Shown here: piece by piece, positions 1-8,750 of the stretch
Position numbering within the stretch: the first letter of the stretch is position 1
How the letters are laid out: each line of letters starts with the position of its first letter
NCBI GenBank assembly: GCA_029820295.1
Contig: JALGVA010000006.1
Location: 1,793 to 65,792 of the forward strand
Length of the DNA stretch: 64,000 nucleotides
Reading direction: 5' to 3'
Origin: Candidatus Zipacnadia bacterium
GTDB taxonomy: Bacteria; Armatimonadota; Zipacnadia; Zipacnadales; UBA5352
Notes under the pieces: generated by a model
Seen by the model: the letters and a program-made list of their open reading frames with translations, nothing else
Database searches by the model: none
What the model was told of the DNA's origin: nothing
Made by a program: the position numbers and the translations under genes

Positions 1-1878
1 CTGCGTGACCACCCGGCGATGCTGGCCTACTACGGCATCGACGAGCCCTTCGGCGACATCGCGCGCGAGGGCTGCCGCATCCTCTACGACGCCGCACACC
101 GCCTCGACCCGCACCATCCGGTCTACGTGCTGTTCTCAAGCTGGGTGCCCCAGGAGCCCGGCTGGGAGGACACCATGGACCTGGTGGGCATCGATCCCTA
201 CATGGTGATGGGTCACCCCGAGCCGACCGAAATCCGCCATACGCTCGCCTACCCCGCGATCACCCAGGAGCGGGCCCGGCGCTTCGCCGACGAGATGCAC
301 ACCACGCTGTGGATCGTGCCTGAGAGCGAGTACTACTCCGGCTCGGTGCGCCCGCTGCTGCCCGAGGAGCAGATGTGTCAGACCTTCATGGCGCTGATCT
401 ACGGCGGGCGCGGGCTGCTTTACTTCCGCAACCCGGTCTACCACGCGCTGAGTTGGGACAACTTCCACGAGGTGACGCGGCGGGTGCGCACGCTGATGCC
501 CGCACTGCTCACGCGCCAGCCCGCGCAGACCGTGGAGTACCTTCCGCGCGAGGCCCGGCGCTTCGAGTACCCGCCGGTGCACGCGTGTGTGCTTGTCGAG
601 CCCGACGGCACGCCGGTGATCCTGGCCGCCAACACCGAGCCGAACGAGGCCCAGGTGCGCTTCACTCTCGATGGCCTCCCCGACGCTGCGACCGTCAGCC
701 GCATGTTCGCTGACGAGACCGCGCCCGTGAGCGCCGAGAGCTTCGCCGACTCCATCGAGGGCTACGGCGTGCGCGCCTACCGCATCGAGGGCTTCCGGCT
801 GCCCGACGAGACGCGACTGAGCGTGACCGTGGGCGGCGAGGCGCTGGAGAAACTGCGGGCGCCGACGCCGCCGACCATGCCCCCGCCGGAGCGCAACATG
901 CTGACAAACGGTGAGCTGGAAGGCCCGGAGGGCTGGGAGGTCTCGCCGGGCGGGAACGCCGACAACCCGCCTGCGGAGATCGACTTCCCCGAGCGCGACA
1001 ACGCCCCCGGGCGCTGCCTGCACATCGCACGCGACCACGACTACGGCAACGCGTGCATCATCAGCGACTGGATCACGCTGCAGCCGAACACGCGCTACCG
1101 CTACGGCTGCGACATCCGCGGCACCATCACCTGCGGCACCGGCCGTATCTCCATGATGATGATCGGCCGCGACGGCCACGGCGTCGCGCAGACGCCCAGC
1201 CTCACGCTGCAGGCCGGCGCCGAGCAGTGGCGGTCGCTGTCGCGCGAGGTGACCATCGGCGATGAGCCGGTCGAGCTGCGCGTGTGGCTGAGCCTCTACC
1301 GCGTGGGCGGCGAGGGCTGGTGGGACAACGTCTTCCTCGAGGAGGTGGGCGAGGCCCCCGACGCGCGCAACCTGCTGGCCAACGCGAGCTTCGAGCACGC
1401 GGTCATGCCCGGCTGGCCGGATATGTGGTGGCCGCCCCAGCGCGTCTTCCCGCGCATCGGCGAGCCGGACGCGCAGTGGACGCAGGATTTCGACGAGGCC
1501 TGGGAGGGCGAGTGCAGCCTGCGCACCAGCGGGCGCGAGGGCGAGATCGTGCGGCCCTACTCGACCACCAGGTACGGGCCGGAGGCCGTCGCGGGCGAGC
1601 CCTACACCTTCTCGATGTACATGAAGGCCGACGAGCCCGGGCGTCGCGTGACGCTGCGCGTGGGCGACACCTCGCAACGCCACGAGCTGACCACCGAGTG
1701 GGCGCGCTACCAGGTGACCGGTCGGTTCGGCGCCCAGGGGGGCCGGCCGGAGCACGTGTGGGTGAGCTGGTACTGCGAGGACCCGGGCACGTACTGGGCG
1801 GACGCGGCGCAGTGCGAGCGCGGCGAGCAGGCCACCGAGTGGACGCCGGACCTGTTCCCGGGCGCGGTCGGGCGGTAG
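1..1878 (+). CDS. 5-prime truncated glycoside-hydrolase-like protein (clan GH-A style TIM barrel fragment) followed by two CBM4/9-like carbohydrate-binding modules
   Basis: Frame 1 is open from base 1 (LRDHPAMLAYYGIDEP..., resembling the NEP acid/base motif region of clan A hydrolases). Two later segments start NMLTNGELEGPEGWEV and NLLANASFEHAV, typical of CBM_4_9 N-termini. High GC3. Stop at 1876-1878. Confidence 0.6.
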   Translation: MRDHPAMLAYYGIDEPFGDIAREGCRILYDAAHRLDPHHPVYVLFSSWVPQEPGWEDTMDLVGIDPYMVMGHPEPTEIRHTLAYPAITQERARRFADEMHTTLWIVPESEYYSGSVRPLLPEEQMCQTFMALIYGGRGLLYFRNPVYHALSWDNFHEVTRRVRTLMPALLTRQPAQTVEYLPREARRFEYPPVHACVLVEPDGTPVILAANTEPNEAQVRFTLDGLPDAATVSRMFADETAPVSAESFADSIEGYGVRAYRIEGFRLPDETRLSVTVGGEALEKLRAPTPPTMPPPERNMLTNGELEGPEGWEVSPGGNADNPPAEIDFPERDNAPGRCLHIARDHDYGNACIISDWITLQPNTRYRYGCDIRGTITCGTGRISMMMIGRDGHGVAQTPSLTLQAGAEQWRSLSREVTIGDEPVELRVWLSLYRVGGEGWWDNVFLEEVGEAPDARNLLANASFEHAVMPGWPDMWWPPQRVFPRIGEPDAQWTQDFDEAWEGECSLRTSGREGEIVRPYSTTRYGPEAVAGEPYTFSMYMKADEPGRRVTLRVGDTSQRHELTTEWARYQVTGRFGAQGGRPEHVWVSWYCEDPGTYWADAAQCERGEQATEWTPDLFPGAVGR

Positions 1879-1890
1879 GGCAGGGCTGGC

Positions 1891-2571
1891 CTACCGCAGC
1901 CCCAGCTCGTCCGCAATCGCGCGCGTCGAGCTGGTGCCGATGCGCGTCGCGCCGGCGGTGACCAGCGCCCGCGCGTCGCTGAGGGTGCGGATGCCGCCCG
2001 CGGCCTTCACGCCCACTCCTTCAGGCGCGACCTCGCGCAGCAGCGCTACGTCCTCGACCGTCGCCCCCGACGGCCCCAGCCCCGTCGAAGTCTTGAGGAA
2101 GTCCGCGCCCGCCTCGACCGCCAGCTCGGCGGCGACGCGTTTCTCATCCAGCGTCAGGTAGCACATCTCCAGAATGACCTTGACCACCGGCTGCTCCGCC
2201 GCGGCCGCGTAGGCCGCGCCCACCACGGCCGCGATGTCGTCAAGCACCGCCGTGCGGTCGCCGGACTTGAATGCAGTGATGGCCATGACCATGTCGATCT
2301 CGTCGGCGCCGTGCACGATGGCCTCGCGCGCTTCGGCGGCCTTGGTCTCGCTGGTGTTGGCGCCCAGCGGGAAGCCGGCGACCGTGCCGGTCGCCACGCC
2401 GCTGCCCGCCAGCGCCTCGGCGGCGGTGCGCACCCAGCGAGGATGCACGCACACGCCCGCCACGCCCAACTCCGCCGCCAGCGCGCAGGCCGCGAGCACG
2501 TCGTCGCGCGTGGAGTCGGGGGCGAGCACCGCGTGATCGATCATGGCGATGATGTCACGATCCTCGACCAT
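1891..2571 (-). CDS. deoC: deoxyribose-phosphate aldolase
   Basis: 226 aa with full-length DeoC-like pattern: IDHAVL, GVAGVCV, VAGFPLG, VKVILE, and FLKTSTG carrying the Schiff-base lysine context. ATG at 2569-2571. Confidence 0.9.
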   Translation of the reverse strand: MVEDRDIIAMIDHAVLAPDSTRDDVLAACALAAELGVAGVCVHPRWVRTAAEALAGSGVATGTVAGFPLGANTSETKAAEAREAIVHGADEIDMVMAITAFKSGDRTAVLDDIAAVVGAAYAAAAEQPVVKVILEMCYLTLDEKRVAAELAVEAGADFLKTSTGLGPSGATVEDVALLREVAPEGVGVKAAGGIRTLSDARALVTAGATRIGTSSTRAIADELGLR

Positions 2572-2574
2572 GGC

Positions 2575-3405
2575 TCAGTCCTCCTCCTGCGGCTTCGGCC
2601 GGCCCTCGGCGTCGCGGCCGGGCGCCGGCACCCCGCGCAGGTCGCGGATGGCGTCGCGCGCCCGCTCATAGTTGGGGGGCGGCTCAAACAGCGCCGCGTC
2701 GGCCCCCGCGGCCGCCACGCGTTCGGCGTCGGCGCGCCCGACGATCCCGTGCGCGGAGATGACCAGCACATCGCCCGGGATGTGCTGCGCGAGCCGCTCG
2801 GTCACCGACAGGTCCGACTCGCCCGTGGCCGGATCGCGGTTGTCGATGGCGACCACGGTTGCATGGGCGGCCAGCGCGCTGTCGATCTCGAAGCCGTCGC
2901 GCACCACGATGATCGGCGTCATGCGCAGCTTGCCCGCCGCGCGCACCATCTGCTGGAGCGCATCGTCATCGACCAGGCCGACGGTCAGCGCTACCGCGTC
3001 GGCGTTGTGGTGCCACGCCTGGTAGACCTGGTACTCGTCCACGAACCAGTCCCAGGCGATGACCGGCAGCGCCATGTACCTGCGCGCCCGGCGCAACAGG
3101 TGCAGCTCCGAGCCCACCTGCGGGTCATCGGGCGCCACCGCGATGGCCGCGGCCCCCGCGCCGGCGAACTCCTGGGCCACGAAGCGAGGGTCGAACATCA
3201 GCCGTGCCGCCGCCGCTTCGGCCGGTGGCCGGCGGATCTCGGCGATCAGCCGCAGCTCCCGCCCGGCCAGCGCCGCCCGCAGGTTGCGGCGGGGCTCCAC
3301 GCCCGCGAGCATCTGCTGCACCAGCTCATGCTGGGGCAGCTCGGCGCGCGCGGCCTCCACTTCACGCCGCTTGCGCTCGGCGATCCGGCGCAGGGCGTCG
3401 GTCAT
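2575..3405 (-). CDS. indole-3-glycerol-phosphate synthase (TrpC) fold protein, divergent at catalytic positions
   Basis: 276 aa and collinear with IGPS: N-terminal RKRREVE helix, LIAEIRR (canonical AEFK/IK), IAWDWFVD (canonical KDFI.D), IIVVRD (canonical VEVH), AIDNRD (canonical INNRDL), ISAHGI (canonical ESGI). Only 3 nt separate it from deoC. Confidence 0.7.
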   Translation of the reverse strand: MTDALRRIAERKRREVEAARAELPQHELVQQMLAGVEPRRNLRAALAGRELRLIAEIRRPPAEAAAARLMFDPRFVAQEFAGAGAAAIAVAPDDPQVGSELHLLRRARRYMALPVIAWDWFVDEYQVYQAWHHNADAVALTVGLVDDDALQQMVRAAGKLRMTPIIVVRDGFEIDSALAAHATVVAIDNRDPATGESDLSVTERLAQHIPGDVLVISAHGIVGRADAERVAAAGADAALFEPPPNYERARDAIRDLRGVPAPGRDAEGRPKPQEED

Positions 3406-3418
3406 CGTGTCGGAGTCC

Positions 3419-3898
3419 TCATAACTGCGCCGGCCCGTGCACGCCCGGCCGGTCGATGATCTGCTCGAACATGAACGCCTGCCGCGTCATCAGCCACGCG
3501 GCCAGCAGCCCCCAGATGACCACCAGCCCGCCCATGAGCAACACCCACAGCCAGCGCCCGGGCTCGGTCGTGCCCTCGATGCGCCGGCGCAGCGCCACGA
3601 CCACGAGCGCCGCCGCCGCGACCGTGATGCCGTATGCCGCCCACCGCCACGGGCTGGGCCGGCGCTGCATCTCCAGCGGACCGGGCACCGGCTCGACTCC
3701 GGTCGGCGTGGCCGGGGTGGGCGGCGGCTCCTCGGCGGCGTACGTCTCGGCCTACTCCTCCTCCGCCACCCGCTCAGTGGCGCGTGCCAGCGGCACCCAC
3801 AGGTGCGTGGTCAGCAGCGCCGCCTCGCCCGCCAGCATCAGCAGGATTGCGAGCAGCGCCGCCCACGACAGCAGCTCCTCGCGCCGGTCTTCCTCCAC
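3419..3898 (-). pseudogene. paralog of the 149-aa membrane protein at 3970-4419, interrupted by one in-frame TAG (3752-3754). Alternatively two ORFs, 3752-3898 and 3419-3688.
   Basis: GTG at 3896-3898 is preceded by GGGGGA at 7-nt spacing. The same frame runs VEEDRREELLSWAALLAILLMLAGEAALLTTHLWVPLARATERVAEEE-TAG-AETYAAEEPPPTPATP...SPWRWAAYG...AAWLMTRQAFMFEQI. It aligns end to end with the neighbouring paralog. Confidence 0.55.
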
Positions 3899-3969
3899 GG
3901 ACAGATCCCCCGGTTCAACGAACGACGTCAGCACACGAGGGCGCCTGCACTGCGGATCGGCATTCCCGG

Positions 3970-4419
3970 CTACTGCCCGCCGAGCTGCTGGTACATGAAC
4001 GCCTGGCGCACCATGGTCCACGCGGCGAAGATGCCCACGCCGGTGGCGATGATCCCCGCCGCCATCACCCAGGTCCAGCGCATCCGCTCCTGGGTGTAGC
4101 TGTTCAGCCGCCACGCAGCGAAGCCGGCGACGCACAGCGTGAGGAAGGACATCCCGTAGGCCGCCCAGCGCCACGGCGTCGGCCCCGGAGCGGGTTCCGG
4201 CTCGGGCTCAGCTCCCTGCGCGGGAGGCGGTACCCCCTCCGGCGCGACGACCTGCGGCTCAGGCGGATAGGCGTCCGGCTCGTCTTCGAGGAGCTGGTTG
4301 GCGACGCCGGCGAGCGGCAGCCACAGGCTTCCGGCCATGAGCACGACCTGGGCCGCGAGCAGCAGCACCACCAGGACCAGCGCCGCCATGGAGAGCTGAG
4401 TGTCGAGTGCCTCATCCAT
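3970..4419 (-). CDS. small integral membrane protein (about 3 TM) with Pro/Glu-rich linker, unknown function
   Basis: 149 aa. ATG is preceded by GGGGGAGG at 7-nt spacing. Hydrophobic segments flank a PEPEPAPGP linker. A paralog lies immediately downstream. Confidence 0.75.
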   Translation of the reverse strand: MDEALDTQLSMAALVLVVLLLAAQVVLMAGSLWLPLAGVANQLLEDEPDAYPPEPQVVAPEGVPPPAQGAEPEPEPAPGPTPWRWAAYGMSFLTLCVAGFAAWRLNSYTQERMRWTWVMAAGIIATGVGIFAAWTMVRQAFMYQQLGGQ

Positions 4420-4442
4420 GCGTCAGGCCTCCCCCGTTGCGG

Positions 4443-5144
4443 CTATCCCCCCGCCGAGCGCGCGCCGACCGGGGCGACTTCCTCGACCATGAGGTGCGGC
4501 ACCGGGTAGAGCGCCTTGTCGTGATCCCAGTCGAGGATGGTGCGCGTGCCGGCGAGCTTGCCGATGATCTGCCCGCCGCGCTGGCTGAAGAAGGTGCGTG
4601 CCGCCTGCTGGTTGTCGGTGAAGTTGAGCACCACCGACTGCCCCGGATGGATCTCGCTGCCCGACAGGTTCTGCTCGGTCACCGCCAGCGCGCTGTACCG
4701 GTTGTTCGGGAAGGTTTCAACCCTGCGCGTACGTTTGCCCGGCACCACCGGGGACGGATAGTAGTCGTCGATGACCAGCGCCCCCCAGAACGCCATCCCC
4801 GGCGACAGGCGCGCGATGTTCATGGGCAGGACCGGGGTGACGCGCACCACCACCGAGCCGGTGACCAGCAGGAAGGTGATGACCACGGCCCAGGTCTGCT
4901 GGATCTCCGACGTCCACAGGAACCATCCGAAGAGCGCGAAGGTAACCAGCGCCAGCAGGTCAGTCAGCACCTCGGAGCCGATGCGGTACTTGGCGCTGGT
5001 GGCGACGGGCAGCGGGTTGTTGCCCTCGCGAAGCTGATCCGCGGCCGCGATGGCCTCGGGCGCGGTGTCGATGATGGCCAGAATGAGGGTAATCACGGCG
5101 AGTGTGATGAAGATGGCGCCACAGGTCCTGGTCAGGAAGTGCAT
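4443..5144 (-). CDS. membrane protein with soluble C-terminal domain, unknown function
   Basis: 233 aa. About 4 hydrophobic helices, then a non-repetitive C-terminal about 100 aa. Locally lower GC but coherent codon usage. First gene of a minus-strand string ending at deoC. Confidence 0.7.
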   Translation of the reverse strand: MHFLTRTCGAIFITLAVITLILAIIDTAPEAIAAADQLREGNNPLPVATSAKYRIGSEVLTDLLALVTFALFGWFLWTSEIQQTWAVVITFLLVTGSVVVRVTPVLPMNIARLSPGMAFWGALVIDDYYPSPVVPGKRTRRVETFPNNRYSALAVTEQNLSGSEIHPGQSVVLNFTDNQQAARTFFSQRGGQIIGKLAGTRTILDWDHDKALYPVPHLMVEEVAPVGARSAGG

Positions 5145-5231
5145 CGATCATCACCCATCCTGGCGGCGTCCGCCGAGTATTGCCGGGGGCGCCCCCCCGG
5201 TAACCTGCATCAACGTGCGGTGGCCCGCGTA

Positions 5232-6227
5232 TCAGGCCAGCGGCAGCGCCACGGGCTCGCCGGTCTCGGCCGCGCGGTACGCCCCCAGCGCGACTTCCAT
5301 GGCCTTCAGCCCGTCATGGCCGGTGATGGGCACCGGCGCGCCGGTCTGGATGCAGCGCGCGAAGTCGGCGATCAGGTCGGCGTTCGCGTCATGGCCGTAG
5401 GGCTCCCACAGGTAGGTGCCGTCGGCCGGGCGCCACGCATCTACATGTTCAACGAACAGGTCGGCCCAGGCGTTCCCACCGGTGCCGATCACGGCCATGG
5501 TCACGTCGCCCCACGTCGGGTAGTTGTCCGGCCGCGACCACGAGGCATCGAGCGTCGCCACGCAGCCGCCCTCGAAGTTCATGGTCAGTACGCCCGCGTC
5601 GTCGCAGGGCAGCGACGGGTCGAAGAGCGTGTCGATCTCCGCGTAGACCTTCACGACCTCCTGCCCGAGCATGGTGCGCATCACGTCCACCACGTGCACC
5701 GTGTGATCGATGACCGTCCCGCCGCCCGCCAGCGACGGGTCGTTGAACCACCCGCCCGGGTTCTCGCCCCGGTTGGTGCCCTTGATGCACAGGATCTCGC
5801 CCAGCTCCCCCTCCTGCACCATCGTCATCAGCCGCTGCGCCGCGGGCGAGTAGCGGCACGGGAAGGCGATCATGAGCTGCACGCCCGCCTGCTCGCAGGC
5901 GTCGATCATCACCTGCGCGTCGTGCATCGAGACCGAGATCGGCTTCTCGCACAGCACATGCACGCCCGCCTGCGCCGCCGCCAGCACGTCACGCTTGTGG
6001 TGCACGTTCTCGCTGGTGACGATCGCGCCCTGGATCCCGTTCTCGGGCGCGAACAGCTCCTCGGGCGTGGCGAAGAACCGCGTCCCGTAGTGCGCGGCCT
6101 TCTCCTCGCCGCGCTGCGGGTTGTCGTCCCACACGCCCGCGATCTCGATCTCCGGCAGGCCGGCGATCGCCCCGGCGTAGAAGTCAGAGTGCAGGTGCGC
6201 GAAGCTCATGATGGCCAGGCGGGTCAT
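5232..6227 (-). CDS. Gfo/Idh/MocA family NAD(P)-dependent oxidoreductase
   Basis: Start chosen at MTRLAIMSF (ATG 6225-6227, AGGAGG 9 nt upstream). EKP motif (VLCEKPISV). The track ORF extends upstream with Arg/Pro-rich junk. Confidence 0.85.
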   Translation of the reverse strand: MTRLAIMSFAHLHSDFYAGAIAGLPEIEIAGVWDDNPQRGEEKAAHYGTRFFATPEELFAPENGIQGAIVTSENVHHKRDVLAAAQAGVHVLCEKPISVSMHDAQVMIDACEQAGVQLMIAFPCRYSPAAQRLMTMVQEGELGEILCIKGTNRGENPGGWFNDPSLAGGGTVIDHTVHVVDVMRTMLGQEVVKVYAEIDTLFDPSLPCDDAGVLTMNFEGGCVATLDASWSRPDNYPTWGDVTMAVIGTGGNAWADLFVEHVDAWRPADGTYLWEPYGHDANADLIADFARCIQTGAPVPITGHDGLKAMEVALGAYRAAETGEPVALPLA

Positions 6228-6400
6228 CGTCCGGTACCTCCTGCGCAGCAGTTGACATCCTCGTGCCGTTCCGTGGCACGGGCACTCCTGGTCCGTGCGT
6301 CGTGCCGGCGGTGAGTGACCGTCCTGAATGGCCGACGGGCGAGGGGCCCGTCGCACGGAACGACTGCGGCAGTACGGCAGGCGGGGCACAGGTCCCCGCC

Positions 6401-7384
6401 CTACAACTGCACAACCTTGCCGCCGGCCTCGTTGGAGGCCAGCGCAGCGAGCGCCACCTCGACCGCCGCCAGCGCCTCGTCACCCGAGATCGCCGGCTCG
6501 CGGCCCTCGATCACACACTGCACGAAGTGCTCGTCCTCCAGCAGATAGGGCGACTTGACCGCCGGACTCTCGGGCACCTGCACCGCCGCCAGGCCCTCGG
6601 CGCCGCCGCGGATCTGCGTCTGCAGAGTCGCCATCTGCGTGCTGTCGTGGCGCAGCAGCCCCGCCGAGCCCGCGATGTCGAAGCTCGTGCGGAACTGCCC
6701 CAGGTCCGCCCAGCTCCCCTCGCAGTGCGCGATCGCGCCCGACTCGAAGCGAATCGTGGTCAGGCCGTAATCGATCGGCGGCATGCGCTCGGGCACACCG
6801 ACCGAGTAGACCCGCCGCGCCGGCCCGAGCGTCCACAGCAGCCAGTCGAAGTCGTGGATGGTCATGTCGAGCGTGACGCCGCCGCTGAGTTCGTAGTTGC
6901 AGAACCACGAGTTGGGACCGCCGGGCAGCGTGTTAATGCGGCTGGTGCGCGCCACGCCCACCTGGCCGATCTCCCCGGACTGGATCAGGTCCCGCGCGAG
7001 CACGTACTCAGGGAAAAAGCGCAGCACGTGGCCGACCATGAAGGTCACGCCGGCATCGGCGACCGCCTGCAGCATCGCCTCCCCCTGCTGCATGGTGCGG
7101 CACATGGGCTTCTCGCAGAAGATGTGCTTGCCCGCCTGCGCCGCCTTGATGGTGTAATCGGCGTGGAAGGGCGTGGGCGTGGTGATGACCACCACGTCGA
7201 TGTCATCGGCCCAGAGGTCGGCCTCATCGGTGGTCGCGCGCGCGTCGAGGTCGTCGGCGAGCGCCGCCGCGGCATCGGCCACGACGTCGAACACCAGCGC
7301 CACCTCGGCGTCGGGGATCGCGGCGTAGTTCTCGGCGTGGTTGCGGCCCAGGCCTCCGGCGCCGCAGATGGCGACTGTGAGCAT
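6401..7384 (-). CDS. Gfo/Idh/MocA family oxidoreductase
   Basis: Start MLTVAICGAGGLG (Rossmann GxGxxG) at 7382-7384 with GGGAGGG 8 nt upstream. HIFCEKP motif. The 592-aa track ORF is an upstream read-through artefact. Confidence 0.85.
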   Translation of the reverse strand: MLTVAICGAGGLGRNHAENYAAIPDAEVALVFDVVADAAAALADDLDARATTDEADLWADDIDVVVITTPTPFHADYTIKAAQAGKHIFCEKPMCRTMQQGEAMLQAVADAGVTFMVGHVLRFFPEYVLARDLIQSGEIGQVGVARTSRINTLPGGPNSWFCNYELSGGVTLDMTIHDFDWLLWTLGPARRVYSVGVPERMPPIDYGLTTIRFESGAIAHCEGSWADLGQFRTSFDIAGSAGLLRHDSTQMATLQTQIRGGAEGLAAVQVPESPAVKSPYLLEDEHFVQCVIEGREPAISGDEALAAVEVALAALASNEAGGKVVQL

Positions 7385-7534
7385 CGCGCGGGCCCTCCCT
7401 CGGCAGCGGACCCATGCCGGCAGGCGCGCCGGCCGGGCCGCTCGTCTCGTGGCGTCGTGGGATTCATCGCCTAGCTTCCGCGCCGGGGCGCATAATCCTC
7501 CCTCGCAGAGGACACGCGCGGGCGTGGCGCGAAT

Positions 7535-8455
7535 ATGCCGCTGCGGGAGAGAGGTGGACTGAGGGTGTCCGAGTCCGCGCGGTCCGAGTTCGGCAGCGTG
7601 CGCGTCGGCCTGCACTTCGCGGAGGCGGTCACCGCCGCGGAGCTGGCCGCCTGCGGCTGCGACCACGCCGAGGTGGTCGAGCAGGTCGCGCCGCTGGTGC
7701 CCGCGCCCGACCACGAGCGCGCGCGCCGCATCGCCTCCACGCTGGCGCGCCGGGTGATGTGCGACTGCGCCGCACGCGGGGACGATGGCTGCGACGGCCC
7801 GCCCTGCACGCTGCCGGAGCTGATCGCCGCAGCGGGCCGCCGCCTGGACGCGCGGCACCTGCTGCTCTACGCGACCGCGCGCCGCGAGCGGCTCGTGATG
7901 GCCGTCGCCGAGGAGGTCTTCTACCCGCGCTTCGTGCTGGGGCGGATGCCCGCGGGCATGAGCGAGGCGGACTTCGCCGCCATCAACGCCGGCCGGCTGC
8001 TCGAGACCGACGAGGTCATCACCCACCGGCTGGTCGATGAGTACGCGCGCCGGCGCTGGCGACTCGACGACCCGACCAGCACGCAGTGCGCGCTGCGCAT
8101 CCTGCGCGAGGGCGGGGCGCTGGGCGCCACCTGGATCAGCCGTGACGACGGTCGCTGCCTGGGGTACTTCCCGACCCACCGCGGCCCGGGCTGGCAGGCG
8201 TTCGTCTACGCGCTCTGGGAGGAGTTCGCATCACGGGGCAGAAGAACCGTTCCTCGCGCGCACCTGCGCATGATGGCGCTCTCGCGCCTGTTCTGCCTGC
8301 GCGGGCCGGTCGTCGATGTGCTGGCCGAGCGCGCGGCCGCGGCGGGCTTCTGCACCATCGACGGGCGCCGCTCGGGAGGGCCTATCACCGCCACCCACGA
8401 CAGCTTCGAGCAGGCCGTGGGCGCCCTCGCGGACGGCTACCGCTGCGAGGCGTAG
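7535..8455 (+). CDS. hypothetical Cys-rich protein
   Basis: 306 aa with very high GC3 in this frame. No motif recognised. Cys cluster CGCDH...CDCAARGDDGCDGPPC. The exact start is uncertain. Confidence 0.6.
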   Translation: MPLRERGGLRVSESARSEFGSVRVGLHFAEAVTAAELAACGCDHAEVVEQVAPLVPAPDHERARRIASTLARRVMCDCAARGDDGCDGPPCTLPELIAAAGRRLDARHLLLYATARRERLVMAVAEEVFYPRFVLGRMPAGMSEADFAAINAGRLLETDEVITHRLVDEYARRRWRLDDPTSTQCALRILREGGALGATWISRDDGRCLGYFPTHRGPGWQAFVYALWEEFASRGRRTVPRAHLRMMALSRLFCLRGPVVDVLAERAAAAGFCTIDGRRSGGPITATHDSFEQAVGALADGYRCEA

Positions 8456-8582
8456 CCGACGGTCAACGCCCGCCGCGGGGTCTCGTCATCGGTGGGGCAG
8501 GCCTCCAGCCTGCCGGCGCCGTCGATCATCGGGCGGCGAGTGCCGTGCCGTACGGAGGGGCCGCAGCGAGCGAAGCGAGCTG

Positions 8583-8622
8583 TGAGACCTGCATGCCTGC
8601 GCGAGCAGGCGGGCAGGTCTCA
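8583..8622 (+). other. long composite hairpin in the spacer upstream of the giant NTPase gene
   Basis: tgagacctgc-at-gcctgc-GCGA-gcaggc-gg-gcaggtctca: 10 + 6 bp with a GNRA-type tetraloop. A second perfect 8-bp hairpin lies at 8664-8685 (cgacgggc GGAGAA gcccgtcg). A third 6-bp hairpin lies near 8497-8515. Confidence 0.6.
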
Positions 8623-8750
8623 GGTTCCATCCCGGCCCGCTCCTGGCCAGCGCCAGCAAGCGCCGACGGGCGGAGAAGCCCGTCGCACGGGAAGGTCGGG
8701 GCGTGGAGCGACCCGAGCGAAGCGCACACAACACGCGCCAACGGTGACTG

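Noticed and set aside
136-1755. 539-aa minus-strand ORF, together with a set of similar long ORFs elsewhere in the window. These are: 4407-6314 (+), 8526-10361 (-), 16110-17693 (+), 17901-20036 (+), 20236-22305 (-), 22348-24507 (-), 25095-26684 (-), 26566-28446 (-), 30503-32164 (+), 32253-34565 (+), 39644-40858 (+), 41041-42306 (-), 46344-49040 (+) and 52800-53975 (-).
   Set aside because: All lie antisense to, or out of frame with, genes that carry clear family motifs. Their translations are Arg/Ala/Gly/Pro/His-rich low-complexity strings, typical of shadow ORFs in about 70% GC DNA. None has a recognisable motif or a sensible SD.
5232-6389. N-terminal extensions of track ORFs. These are 5232-6389, 6401-8179, 16317-19343, 31980-34544, 34766-36472, 38628-40109, 39488-40492, 46461-49397, 49944-51092, 51923-52918, 55749-56471, 56422-57375 and 57897-58493.
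   Set aside because: In each case the homologous or motif-bearing part begins at an internal ATG or GTG preceded by a good GGAGG-type SD. The upstream extension is junk-like and often overlaps the neighbouring gene. I therefore used shorter coordinates.
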